From NCBI GenBank assembly GCA_963704645.1, contig OY969926.1, positions 1,024,001-1,088,000 of the forward strand: a stretch of DNA of 64,000 nucleotides. The letters run 5' to 3'. The position numbers and the translations under genes were made by a program. Positions 1-9,717 of this stretch are shown piece by piece. The stretch comes from an uncultured bacterium (GTDB lineage: Bacteria; Patescibacteriota; JACMRA01). The notes under the pieces were generated by a model. It ran no database searches. It saw only the letters and a program-made list of their open reading frames with translations, and was not told the origin of the DNA. How positions within the stretch are numbered: the stretch's first letter is position 1; each line of letters opens with the position of its first letter.

Positions 1-152
1 TGTCTGTATCTGTTAAAAATTAAGAAGAGCAATAAAGATAATGGAACACTAATAATAAATATAACAAAAATGTCTTGGTTAGACCTACTAATGTTTTCTA
101 TAAAGTTTGGGCCAAAAACCGTATCAAACCAATTTCTAAAATCATTGCTCAT
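1..152 (-). CDS. Partial membrane protein, runs off the window start
   Basis: ATG at 152, open frame MSNDFRNWFDTVFGPNF...IFVIFIISVPLSLLLFLIF to the window edge. Confidence 0.55.
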   Translation of the reverse strand, partial: MSNDFRNWFDTVFGPNFIENISRSNQDIFVIFIISVPLSLLLFLIFNRYR

Positions 153-205
153 GTTGAACTTAGTTTAGCTTAAGTATTATTAAAGGTCAAAAACTTATTA
201 ATAAA

Positions 206-442
206 CTACCTTTTAAAAATTTTATTTAAAGCAAAAGATGTTATATCTTCAAACAAATTATAACTTTTTCTGGTTAAAGAATTTAGTTGATTTTCTAAAT
301 TAGCTGCAATCTCTAATGTTCTTTTTCTAAGAATTAGATTGGTTCTCCATAAAGAGATAGCTAAAATAATTCCTGAAAAGCAGAAAATATTAAAAAATAT
401 TAGGGCTGAAACTTGTAGCCAGTATAAAAAATCGGGTGACAT
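206..442 (-). CDS. Small single-TM hypothetical protein
   Basis: 78-aa ORF with N-terminal hydrophobic helix and coiled-coil-like tail. Confidence 0.6.
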   Translation of the reverse strand: MSPDFLYWLQVSALIFFNIFCFSGIILAISLWRTNLILRKRTLEIAANLENQLNSLTRKSYNLFEDITSFALNKIFKR

Positions 443-589
443 AAAAATATATTTCTTTTATACTAACCTAATAAAAATTTTTTGACAATTAATGAAACTA
501 GACTTAGCTTCATAAAATATACTTATTAAATAAGCAGTTAAACAATTTACTTAAAACAAAAATATACGAAAAATTAAAATTCTTTTAAA

Positions 590-1456
590 ATGCAATTGAG
601 TTTAACCATAGATTCGAACAATTTAGACTTGGCAGCCAGTCAACTATGGAATTTTTTGCACCCAGAATTAAATTATCTTAGCCAAAAAGAATGCAAGTTA
701 GTACATTTAGCTTTTTCTGAAATGGTTGTTGCTCACAATCTACAAAGACGAAAGAGTGGAGAGTTTTACATAATTCACCCAGTCCAGGCTTGTCACACAT
801 TAGCTCAAATGAAATTGGACGGAGACACATTATCTGCCTGTTTACTTCATGATGTTCCGGAAGACACACAGGTTAGCTTGGAAGATTTAGGAAAAATATT
901 TAAACCAGAGATTATCTTTTTAGTTTCAGGAGTAACCAAATTAAGCGCAATTAAATATCAGGAAAATGACATTTACGCAAAGAACCTAAGGCGCTTATTT
1001 TTAGCAATGAGTCAGGATTTAAGAGTAATTTTAATTAAACTAGCAGATAGAATTCACAATTTAACAACGTTATCTGCTCTTCCCCCAGAAAAGTCTAAAC
1101 GTATTGCTTTAGAAAGTTTAAAAATTTACGCACCAATAGCTGAAAAATTTGGAATAAATTGGATGAGCTGTTTAATCCAAGAATACGCCCTACCCTACGC
1201 CTACCCAGATTCAAATTACGTTGAAAAAAATGATAAACAAAATCAGGCTGACCGTGATTTGTACTATAAATATGGAATTGCTTTGCTTTGGTCTAAAAAA
1301 TTAATTAGTAGCAGTCAAAAGAAAGTTATTTCAGAAAAACTATCTAAAACAAGCTTACCTTGGTTAGATAAAATTGTAAGTTTGGGAGATGAAAATCTAA
1401 GTGAAGATATATATTTGGAGAAATTATTGTTAGATTTGAACATAAATTTTGCTTGA
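590..1456 (+). CDS. RelA/SpoT-family HD hydrolase lacking the synthetase domain
   Basis: QRRKSGEFYIIHP, LLHDVPED, VILIKLADRIHN, IYAPIA motifs; no synthetase motifs seen. Confidence 0.85.
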   Translation: MQLSLTIDSNNLDLAASQLWNFLHPELNYLSQKECKLVHLAFSEMVVAHNLQRRKSGEFYIIHPVQACHTLAQMKLDGDTLSACLLHDVPEDTQVSLEDLGKIFKPEIIFLVSGVTKLSAIKYQENDIYAKNLRRLFLAMSQDLRVILIKLADRIHNLTTLSALPPEKSKRIALESLKIYAPIAEKFGINWMSCLIQEYALPYAYPDSNYVEKNDKQNQADRDLYYKYGIALLWSKKLISSSQKKVISEKLSKTSLPWLDKIVSLGDENLSEDIYLEKLLLDLNINFA

Positions 1457-1491
1457 CATTGCTTTTAAAGTAAGCAATTTTTAAAGCTATT

Positions 1492-2649
1492 ATGACCTTT
1501 TTTACTTTGAATCAAAAAGATATAATTCAGGCTTTTAGCTTAATTAATTTAATCAGCCCAAGAAAAAGTGATGTGGAATTGTTTACATTCACCAAAGTAC
1601 AAATTGATCAAAACGAAACAATTTTAGAATCTTTTAACCCTAACGTTTCTTATCAAATTAAATTACCAGCCGCTAAACCATATAATGTGGTTAATGGAAT
1701 TTCTTTCTTAATTAAAACTGACTTACTAGTTAATTGTGTAGCTTTACTAAATGAAGATCAAATTGGCTTTGAAGTAGACCTAACCAAACAAACTATTGTT
1801 GTTCAAGGTTCTAAGTCTAAACACACTTTAAGAATTGAAACAGCGCTTTTAGACCAATTTAATTTACCAACCGGAAATGGAAATATTATCACTGAAGTTG
1901 AAGTAAAAACTGCGGAATTATTAAGAGGAAATAAAGTTGCCAAAGTGGCAGTAGGTAACCCAAGAACTACTTATCAGAATGAATTTTTAAATATTTGCTA
2001 CACTTTAAAACCAAATTCCAAACTGGCTGTTGTATCTTCAGACAAACTAAGATTGGCAATTTCAGAAATTTCTGCAGAATACAGTAGTGTTTTAGAAGAA
2101 CCAAAAAATATTTTAATTCCAACCAAAGCTGTAGATTTATTAGAAAATATTGCCGCAGATGCTGAAAAAATTAAATTAAAAATTGAAGAGGATTTTATTT
2201 GGGTTGAAAATAACAATCAAAAACTAGGTATCAGACAAGCATCTGGAAGCTATGCACCTTACGAAAGAATTATTCCGCAAAGTTTTGCCTGTAACTTTAA
2301 CTTGAATACTAAAGATTTTGTAACAGCCCTTAAACAAGTTTACTTTTCAGCCAAAGCCAATACAGTAAACAAAACCACACAAATACAAGTTCAACCAAAT
2401 AACAAGAAAATGGTTTTAAGTTCACAAACCAGCGATGGATATTCTAGTGAAACTGTATTGGACATTCTTACTTATGAAGGTACTTTAGAAGACTGGTCAC
2501 AATCTTTTAACGCCGACTTTTTATTAGATTATTTAGTTTTAGTTGAAAGCGACAATCTTGTTTGGGAAAGCAACCCAGGCAAACCAACCATCCTTTCACC
2601 CGAAGGCAAGAAAGACAAAGAATTTTATTTGGTGAGCGGGCTGAGGTAG
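1492..2649 (+). CDS. dnaN: DNA polymerase III beta clamp (divergent)
   Basis: 385 aa; VSSDKLRLA, GSYAPYERIIP and FNADFLLD match conserved beta-clamp segments. Confidence 0.85.
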   Translation: MTFFTLNQKDIIQAFSLINLISPRKSDVELFTFTKVQIDQNETILESFNPNVSYQIKLPAAKPYNVVNGISFLIKTDLLVNCVALLNEDQIGFEVDLTKQTIVVQGSKSKHTLRIETALLDQFNLPTGNGNIITEVEVKTAELLRGNKVAKVAVGNPRTTYQNEFLNICYTLKPNSKLAVVSSDKLRLAISEISAEYSSVLEEPKNILIPTKAVDLLENIAADAEKIKLKIEEDFIWVENNNQKLGIRQASGSYAPYERIIPQSFACNFNLNTKDFVTALKQVYFSAKANTVNKTTQIQVQPNNKKMVLSSQTSDGYSSETVLDILTYEGTLEDWSQSFNADFLLDYLVLVESDNLVWESNPGKPTILSPEGKKDKEFYLVSGLR

Positions 2650-2691
2650 TTGAAATTAAGATACACAATTGTACTGATTTGAGCTGTGGGC

Positions 2692-2790
2692 GTAGGGGAG
2701 ATATTTACTATCTCCCAGGCAAAGTGAAGGGAGGTGAGAAAAGAAATACAACCACAATCCCGCACACCCAAACTACCCCTAAGCCTTACA
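2692..2790 (+). repeat. GTAG-type REP palindrome plus adjacent C/A-rich segment (composite repeat)
   Basis: GTAGGGGAGATATTTACTATCTCCC hairpin; 2757-2789 resembles the reverse complement of 12413-12446. Confidence 0.7.
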
Positions 2791-2920
2791 GCCTGACCCA
2801 TTGCCAGGGGTAATTTCCCCTAGTACTCTACAATAACCTCCCAACTTCTTTTATTGAGAAGGATTATATCTAAGATACTATTTATTTGACCAAAATAACA
2901 TAAAGCTCAACTTATAAACC

Positions 2921-3319
2921 ATGTCCTACAAAATTCAAAAAACCGAAGAAGAATGGAAACAGATATTAACCCCTGAGCAATATCATATTTTACGTGAAAG
3001 AGGAACTGAAGCTGCATTTTGCGGCTTACTTTATAATAACCACAAAGCAGGTAAATATACTTGTGGAGCCTGCCGAACAGCAATTTTTGCCTCAGATAAT
3101 AAGTTTGAGTCTGGAACAGGTTGGCCTAGCTTTTTTCAACCAATTTCTGATGAATTATTAGAATTAAAAGAGGATAGAGCTTATGGAATGCTTCGAACAG
3201 AAGTAAATTGTGGAACTTGCGGTAGTCATTTAGGTCATGTGTTTAATGACGGCCCTGCCCCAACAGGACAACGCTACTGCATTAATTCAGAAGCACTAAT
3301 TTTTGAAGAGAATAAATAG
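2921..3319 (+). CDS. msrB: Peptide-methionine (R)-S-oxide reductase
   Basis: GTE, KFESGTGWPSF, HLGHVFNDGP, RYCINS motifs. Confidence 0.97.
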   Translation: MSYKIQKTEEEWKQILTPEQYHILRERGTEAAFCGLLYNNHKAGKYTCGACRTAIFASDNKFESGTGWPSFFQPISDELLELKEDRAYGMLRTEVNCGTCGSHLGHVFNDGPAPTGQRYCINSEALIFEENK

Positions 3320-3367
3320 CAAATAAAAAAACTGCCAAGAGGAGGCAGAGCAATTGTCTTTTATTAA

Positions 3368-3727
3368 CTAGTTTTGAATTTCTTCAAGTTCAAAGGGCTT
3401 ATCGAACGTAACGCTGTTAACCAAAAGAGTAATGTTATTTTTAAGTAAAATATTCACCAATTTTAAAAAACATATATTATTGGGGTCTGCCATATTAATG
3501 CTTGTTGCATTAAAGGTTAACCAATTTGGAGGTGTTAAAGTGGCATCAAGATTACCATCAACGTAATAACTCCACCCTTGCTCTTCAACCAAGCTCTGGA
3601 TCAAAGCGTTAGTTGTATCATTCAGCAAGCTAGTATCGTGCTTCATGATATAAAACGATAAACAGTTAGGGAAACAAATACTAGCATAAGTATCTGCCTC
3701 AAGTCTAAAGATTGTTTTTCTTTCCAC
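3368..3727 (-). CDS. Orphan hypothetical protein (cassette type)
   Basis: 119-aa ORF, GTG start after AAGGT; downstream hairpin CTGCC-N7-GGCAG plus T-run. Confidence 0.65.
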   Translation of the reverse strand: MERKTIFRLEADTYASICFPNCLSFYIMKHDTSLLNDTTNALIQSLVEEQGWSYYVDGNLDATLTPPNWLTFNATSINMADPNNICFLKLVNILLKNNITLLVNSVTFDKPFELEEIQN

Positions 3728-3800
3728 ACTACACCTTAAAATTAATCAGTTTTTACTTTCATTTAATAGCACAAACTATGTTGGATGTAAACCCTTAAAA

Positions 3801-5312
3801 TTACTTGTCTAAATAAGCTTGTATTTCGGAGGCTAGACCTTCAATCTTTGTGCAATAATCACCATTTGGGTTGTAAATACGCCATTTTCTACAGTCTGAT
3901 ACTCCCCTATCATTAAAACTTTTGTACCACTTCCCAAAACCTTCAACACCGTCTTCCCAAGTATTATAACCTGAACTAGAACTGCCAGTTAAACCTATTG
4001 AATAAATATTTTTATAAGTATTTGGTCTTGTTGGGTTGCCTGAAGAGGTAAATCTGTCTGTTCCAAACCTTGATTCGTTTCTTGCCAAAGCCAATACATA
4101 TTTTAACGGAGCGTTGTATTTAATTGAAACATCTAAGTATTTGGCTGGATGTACAGGGGAAGTATAATCTCTGTCGTAAACATCGTAAGAACGATACTGA
4201 GCAATATATTTTTCAATTTTTTCAATTGTCTTTATATATTCAACTTTCGTGGAGGACAATTTAGCTTCTTCCTGAACTTTTTCTGCAGTTATAGAACTTA
4301 ATTTGTCATAAGAGCCAACTCCAAAAATTCCCAATAAAGATGAATCTGTAGAGGTTTTTACAGCCGCAGCTGCCCCTAAAGAGCTATTTTCTTGAATATT
4401 TTGTTTGACCTGTTCAATATTTAATACAGAACTAAACTGGGCAAACTCTTCCTCCGACTGTTCGTTAATGGCCAAACAAGTTTTAGGATTGATTAATTCC
4501 GAAAGTAATTGACCATCAGTTTTGTCTTTACTACATGTATTAGCACTAACAGGGTTGGTTTTTAACAAGAATTCCTCGTCGTTACTTAAACCATCGTTGT
4601 CTAAGTCTTCGGTTTTATCTGAACGCACGTTGGCATTATTAAGCTTAATCCATTTAGAATACTCATCATCTTCAACTTCTTTTTGCACTGTTTCTGAAAC
4701 TCCTGCAACTTGGCCAAAAGATGTTACACCTCTTAGTGAGTTAAAGTTTGTAGCTGTAATTACAATTAAACCCAACAAAATAGAAACAACAGCTATTTTG
4801 ATTAAAGAATTTTGTTTAGATTTTAAAAACTTTTTTTTCTTGATGATTGGATGGTTAGGCAAGTCTGAATCATACAATTTGTGCTGAATAGCGTCAAATT
4901 TAAATTCATTTTTTATGGAACTAGTATTTGAATTTAAAGATTCTAACTTAGCTGCTTCTTGAAGCTTTTGCAAGGATTTTGATATTACTTCTAAACTTGG
5001 CTTATCTGAAATAATTTTAACTGGAAGCAGCCTTGATTTAATTTTAACAGGAAGTAAATAAGCAGTATTTTTATTAACAGTAGTAATTGCAACACTTAAC
5101 TTAGACAGATTTTTAAGAGTAGGCTTATTTTCACTTTTAAATTCATACATTCTACCTTTTCCAATGTTTGCCTGTACAAACTTAACAGAGTTGGATTTAG
5201 GGCTAGATTTTAATCCATAATCAATAATACTTACATCATCATCTTGATAATCTAAGCCTGCAGTCCAGCTTGGTTCAGCGGAAGAAAATGTTAGGGAATC
5301 TAAATTTTTCAT
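3801..5312 (-). CDS. Membrane-anchored protein with Ca-binding DxDxDG motif and C-terminal glucosaminidase/lysozyme-like domain
   Basis: TM near aa 172-190; DLDNDGLSNDEE; LALARNESRFGT...NIYSIG...YNTWEDGV resembles the GH73-like catalytic region. Confidence 0.7.
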   Translation of the reverse strand: MKNLDSLTFSSAEPSWTAGLDYQDDDVSIIDYGLKSSPKSNSVKFVQANIGKGRMYEFKSENKPTLKNLSKLSVAITTVNKNTAYLLPVKIKSRLLPVKIISDKPSLEVISKSLQKLQEAAKLESLNSNTSSIKNEFKFDAIQHKLYDSDLPNHPIIKKKKFLKSKQNSLIKIAVVSILLGLIVITATNFNSLRGVTSFGQVAGVSETVQKEVEDDEYSKWIKLNNANVRSDKTEDLDNDGLSNDEEFLLKTNPVSANTCSKDKTDGQLLSELINPKTCLAINEQSEEEFAQFSSVLNIEQVKQNIQENSSLGAAAAVKTSTDSSLLGIFGVGSYDKLSSITAEKVQEEAKLSSTKVEYIKTIEKIEKYIAQYRSYDVYDRDYTSPVHPAKYLDVSIKYNAPLKYVLALARNESRFGTDRFTSSGNPTRPNTYKNIYSIGLTGSSSSGYNTWEDGVEGFGKWYKSFNDRGVSDCRKWRIYNPNGDYCTKIEGLASEIQAYLDK

Positions 5313-5419
5313 TACTTACGGGGTTTACTTTCACAGTGTAACACAGAATTACTATATAATCAACCTTTTTAATGAGTGTGAAAAGCACTGATAACATTTT
5401 ACTACAAATTTTTCAAAAT

Positions 5420-5441
5420 AAAACAAGCCCCTTTCGGGGCC
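5420..5441 (-). terminator. Intrinsic terminator of tuf
   Basis: GCCCC-GAAA-GGGGC followed by TTGTTTT on the minus strand. Confidence 0.85.
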
Positions 5442-5470
5442 TATTGGTTAGAATTATTCTAAAAAGTTAA

Positions 5471-6658
5471 TTACTTAACAATTTTGGTTACAATTCCAGC
5501 GCCAATTGTTCTTCCACCTTCACGAATAGAAAATCTCATTCCGTCTTCAATAGCAATTGGTTTTTCTAATACAACTTTTATGGCTACATCTAAATCTCCT
5601 GGCAATACCATTGGTTTTGCTGCATCTACGAATTGTAAAGATCCTGTTACGTCTGTAGTTCTAATGTAGAACTGTGGTTTGTATCCAGGAAGAATAGGAG
5701 TGTGTCTTCCACCTTCTTCTTTAGTTAAAACGTAAAGATTTGCTTCAAATTCTGTGTGTGGAGTAACAGATCCTGGTTTAACAAGAACTTGTCCTCTTTC
5801 AACTTGGTCTTTAGCAATTCCTCTTAGTAATAATCCTGCGTTGTCTCCAGCCATACCTTTGTCTAACTGTTTGTTAAACATTTCAATTCCGGTTACAACT
5901 GTAGTTTGTGTGTCAGTTAAACCTACAAGTTCAACAGTATCATTTAAGTTAATAGTTCCTCTTTCAATTCTACCTGTTACTACAGTACCTCTACCTGTAA
6001 TTGAGAATACATCTTCAATAGCCATTAATGCTGGTTTGTCTGTATCTCTTTGTGGGTTTTCAATATATGTGTCTAAAGTATCTAGTAAATCTTGAATTTT
6101 AGCTTCCCATTTTGCATCACCTTCTAATGCTTTCAAAGCTGAACCTTGAATAATTGGAGTTTCTTCGCCGTTGAAACCGTACTTCGTTAATAGTTCTCTA
6201 ATTTCTTCTTCAACTAACATAATCATTTCTTCATCATCAACCATGTCGCACTTGTTTAAGAATACAACCATCTTAGGTACACCAACTTGTCTAGCCAAAA
6301 GAATATGTTCTCTTGTTTGAGGCATTGGTCCGTCTGTAGCAGCAACTACTAAAATTGCAGCATCCATTTGAGCAGCACCGGTAATCATGTTTTTAACATA
6401 ATCAGCGTGACCTGGACAGTCAACGTGAGCATAGTGCCTTACAGCTGTTTCGTACTCTACGTGAGCAGTATTAATAGTAATACCTCTTGCTTTTTCTTCT
6501 GGGGCGGAGTCAATAGAGGCATAGTCTCTAGCTTTTGAGTGTCCTGTTTTTGCAGCATATGTTGTAATAGCTGCGGTCAATGTAGTCTTCCCGTGATCTA
6601 CGTGACCAATTGTTCCAATGTTAACGTGAACTTTACTTCTGTCGAATACAGCGGCCAT
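5471..6658 (-). CDS. tuf: Elongation factor Tu
   Basis: [21 protein letters not shown]; start corrected to ATG at 6658 (395 aa). Confidence 0.99.
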   Translation of the reverse strand: MAAVFDRSKVHVNIGTIGHVDHGKTTLTAAITTYAAKTGHSKARDYASIDSAPEEKARGITINTAHVEYETAVRHYAHVDCPGHADYVKNMITGAAQMDAAILVVAATDGPMPQTREHILLARQVGVPKMVVFLNKCDMVDDEEMIMLVEEEIRELLTKYGFNGEETPIIQGSALKALEGDAKWEAKIQDLLDTLDTYIENPQRDTDKPALMAIEDVFSITGRGTVVTGRIERGTINLNDTVELVGLTDTQTTVVTGIEMFNKQLDKGMAGDNAGLLLRGIAKDQVERGQVLVKPGSVTPHTEFEANLYVLTKEEGGRHTPILPGYKPQFYIRTTDVTGSLQFVDAAKPMVLPGDLDVAIKVVLEKPIAIEDGMRFSIREGGRTIGAGIVTKIVK

Positions 6659-6772
6659 AAAATGATAAATATAATTAATTGTTGAGCGTCTAAAAAAGAT
6701 TTGCGCTAAAGTAATCCAAAGACAATGCTGTGTGTTTGTCAAGAATTTTTTTTTACAGTAGTATTAGTTAAA

Positions 6773-9127
6773 ATGGCGGATACTAATTTAAATCCAAACA
6801 CAAATTCGGCTGGTAACAACGCCCGATTTACTCCACGTCCAGGGGCGGGTTCGTTGCAACCTACTAATTTTGGACAGAATAATCAAAATTTAGGGGCTAG
6901 TATTCAGAATAATACAACGGTTAGAGGTGCATATGGAAATTGGACAGGTCAAAATGTACAAATGCCAATGCAAAACCAAAATGTAAGACCGGCGAATACC
7001 CAATTCCAAGGCTCGCCTATTCGACCAAATTCGGCACCACAGTTTTACCCAAATCAACCAAACAACCCTAACACTCCTAATCAAAACCCAAATCAACAGT
7101 TTAACAGGCCTCAAGCTTATAATAGCCAACCTTTCGCTCCAAATCAGAATCAGAATGGTAGGCCAAACCTTGCACCAAGACAAGTATCACCTTCTCCACA
7201 AGCAATTCCAAATAAACCACCGTCCGGATTTTTTGGAAATTTGTTTGCTCCAGGCCCTGCACCTATAGATTTAAGAAAAGTAGATAGAAACAGCCCCGAC
7301 TTCTTGAAACAACTTTCTCCTGCAGATCTACGTAGAGAAGTAATTCAAACCGAAATTGATATTCAAAAAACCTTAATTGATACAGAAAAAGCTTATCGTG
7401 AAGGGGTTTCTACTATACGTGATTTAATTTCGCCAAGCGCAGTAAAAATTAACACAGGTTATATTGAAATTGGTACTAAAATTTGTAGAAGCTTCTTTAT
7501 TTTAGCTTATCCTAAGGTTATTAACAGCGAATGGCTGGAAGGTGTGGTAAACACTGACATAGCTTTTGATTTATCAATTTTTGTATATCCACGGGACTCT
7601 TCAGAAGTATTAAAAGAATTGAAAGGTAAAGTTGGTAAAATTCAAGCTTCTTTGCAGCTTAACTCAGAAAAAGGTGCTGCTAGAGATCCTGCCCTTGAAA
7701 CTGCTTACCGTGACGTTGAAGGTCTTCGTGACGCAATTCAGCAAGGTGTTGAAAAATTCTTTAGACTAGGAATTTACATTACTATTTACGCTGATAATAC
7801 TGATCAATTAGAAAAATCTAGCCAAGCTTTGGAAGGTTTACTAAGTCAACAAAACATTGTAATGAAAAGAGCTGCCTTGCAAATGGATGACGGCTTTAAT
7901 TCTTCTTTACCTATTTTAAAAGACGATTTGAACGTTATTTACAACATGAATACTAGCCCACTTTCGGCCGCTTTTCCTTTCGTTTCTTCAGAATTAAGTT
8001 CTAATGATGGTATTTTATACGGAATTAATAGACACAACACTTCCTTAATTATTTTTGATAGATTTGGACTAGAAAACGCTAACTCTGTGGTGTTTGCTAC
8101 ATCTGGAGCTGGAAAAAGTTTTGCCGTAAAGCTTGAAATTTTAAGAAGTTTAATGGTTGGTGTAAACGTTATTGTTATTGATCCTGAACAAGAATACAAA
8201 GTTTTAGCCGACACTTTAGGAGGAGCTTATGTGAACATGAGTTTGAACTCTAACAACCGTATTAACCCATTCGATTTGCCAAAAGCTTTACCAGGAGAAA
8301 GTACAGCCGACATTTTAAGAAGCGCTATTATTGATATTATTGGTTTGATGAACTTAATGCTTGGAAAACTAAACCCAAGCGAGCTTTCTATTATGGAAAG
8401 GGCAATTTCAGAAGCCTATGCAAAGCGTGATATTACTGATACCAGCGATTTAAACACTGTTATTCCTCCAACCATGCAAGATTTAGTGGAAATTTTGAAC
8501 GGAATTGTGGGTGGAGAAAGTTTAGCCCAAAGGTTATACCGTTACACCGAAGGTACTTTTGCTGGAATTTTTAACCAACGAACAAATATTAACATTAGTA
8601 ATAATTTTATTGTATTTAACATTCGTGATTTGCAGGAACAATTACGCCCAATTGCTATGTATATTTTGCTGAACTACATTTGGAACGAAGTTAGATCTAG
8701 CTTGCAAAAAAGAATTTTGGCTATTGATGAAGCCTGGATTATGATGCAATATGAAGATTCGGCTAGATTTTTGTATGGGTTGGCAAAACGTGCTAGAAAA
8801 TATTATTTGGGAATTACCACTATCACCCAAGATGTAGGAGATTTCTTAAACTCACCTTTTGGAAAGCCTATTGTTACCAACGCTGCTATGAAAATTTTGT
8901 TGAAGCAGTCTACCGCAGCTATTGATGGTGTGGCTAATGCTTTTGCTTTAACCGAAGGAGAAAAACAAGTTTTACTACAAAGCGAAGTAGGACAAGGAAT
9001 TTTCTTCGCAGGGCCAAGACATGTAGCTATTGAAATTGTAGCTTTCCCAACAGAATATAGAATTATTACTACCAACCCTAAGGATATATTGAAGAGCCAA
9101 GGCTTGGAAGATTCTGGAGTGCAGTAG
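6773..9127 (+). CDS. VirB4/TraC-like ATPase with Q/N/P-rich N-terminal extension
   Basis: Walker A ATSGAGKS, VIDPEQEY, INPFD, Walker B AIDEAW, RARKY; likely start ATG 6773. Confidence 0.9.
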   Translation: MADTNLNPNTNSAGNNARFTPRPGAGSLQPTNFGQNNQNLGASIQNNTTVRGAYGNWTGQNVQMPMQNQNVRPANTQFQGSPIRPNSAPQFYPNQPNNPNTPNQNPNQQFNRPQAYNSQPFAPNQNQNGRPNLAPRQVSPSPQAIPNKPPSGFFGNLFAPGPAPIDLRKVDRNSPDFLKQLSPADLRREVIQTEIDIQKTLIDTEKAYREGVSTIRDLISPSAVKINTGYIEIGTKICRSFFILAYPKVINSEWLEGVVNTDIAFDLSIFVYPRDSSEVLKELKGKVGKIQASLQLNSEKGAARDPALETAYRDVEGLRDAIQQGVEKFFRLGIYITIYADNTDQLEKSSQALEGLLSQQNIVMKRAALQMDDGFNSSLPILKDDLNVIYNMNTSPLSAAFPFVSSELSSNDGILYGINRHNTSLIIFDRFGLENANSVVFATSGAGKSFAVKLEILRSLMVGVNVIVIDPEQEYKVLADTLGGAYVNMSLNSNNRINPFDLPKALPGESTADILRSAIIDIIGLMNLMLGKLNPSELSIMERAISEAYAKRDITDTSDLNTVIPPTMQDLVEILNGIVGGESLAQRLYRYTEGTFAGIFNQRTNINISNNFIVFNIRDLQEQLRPIAMYILLNYIWNEVRSSLQKRILAIDEAWIMMQYEDSARFLYGLAKRARKYYLGITTITQDVGDFLNSPFGKPIVTNAAMKILLKQSTAAIDGVANAFALTEGEKQVLLQSEVGQGIFFAGPRHVAIEIVAFPTEYRIITTNPKDILKSQGLEDSGVQ

Positions 9128-9226
9128 GTTTTTTAAAATTCTGAGTGAGGAGTTGTGGTTTCAAAACTTTTTGGAAAATAAAAAATTCCACCATAGGGGG
9201 CGGAAGAGTATTAGAAGTGAGATATT

Positions 9227-9571
9227 TCAAATATTATTAAGGGGAATTATTCGACTTACAAGTTCGACATTACTAGCTATAGTCCAGATAAAATATTCAG
9301 TAGCAGTACACTCGAATACAGCTGGGTAAATAGTAAGAGGCTTGAATTGCCAATTAGTTTCTGTTAGATTTGTTTCATAAAGCGAAACACGCTGATTTTG
9401 GTTAGCTTCATCCATCATACCATGTATTATTTTACACTTACGAAATGTTGCGCCGTGATAACAACTTCTCATAATTCTATGCCAATCCAAGTGAAGATGG
9501 GAAGAAACTATATCACGAAAATTCCCATCGCCTACTTCATATTTAGTCAGTCCTTCAGTTGAAATTGCCAT
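9227..9571 (-). CDS. Orphan hypothetical protein (cassette type)
   Basis: ATG 9571 preceded by AGGTGA; upstream TTGACC; downstream hairpin TTCCGCC...GGTGGAA plus T-run. Confidence 0.6.
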   Translation of the reverse strand: MAISTEGLTKYEVGDGNFRDIVSSHLHLDWHRIMRSCYHGATFRKCKIIHGMMDEANQNQRVSLYETNLTETNWQFKPLTIYPAVFECTATEYFIWTIASNVELVSRIIPLNNI

Positions 9572-9660
9572 TCTATTCACCTAACAAAAATAAATCTAAT
9601 TCTATTCATTTAAAACACACTTTTGTGCCTTGGTCAATGATGAACTACTTGCTTTAAAGT

Positions 9661-9689
9661 TTAGACACTGAAATAAATTCAGGGTGACA
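9661..9689 (-). repeat. TGTCACCCTGAA-type palindromic repeat (REP-like), copy 1
   Basis: Reverse complement TGTCACCCTGAATTTATTTCAGTGTCTAA; at least 7 copies in the window. Confidence 0.85.
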
Positions 9690-9717
9690 ATTTATCTAAT
9701 TTAGGACGAAAATGAAA

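Noticed and set aside
2562-2813. 83-aa ORF overlapping the dnaN end
   Set aside because: Runs through the REP composite repeat; likely spurious
5484-6095. Antisense ORFs inside tuf, and similar shadow ORFs in VirB4, rseP, toxin, dus, folD and others
   Set aside because: Opposite-strand or alternate-frame shadows of well-supported genes
6773-9127. Conjugative element or ICE
   Set aside because: No relaxase, integrase or clustered T4SS genes; VirB4 and PrgI sit among core genes
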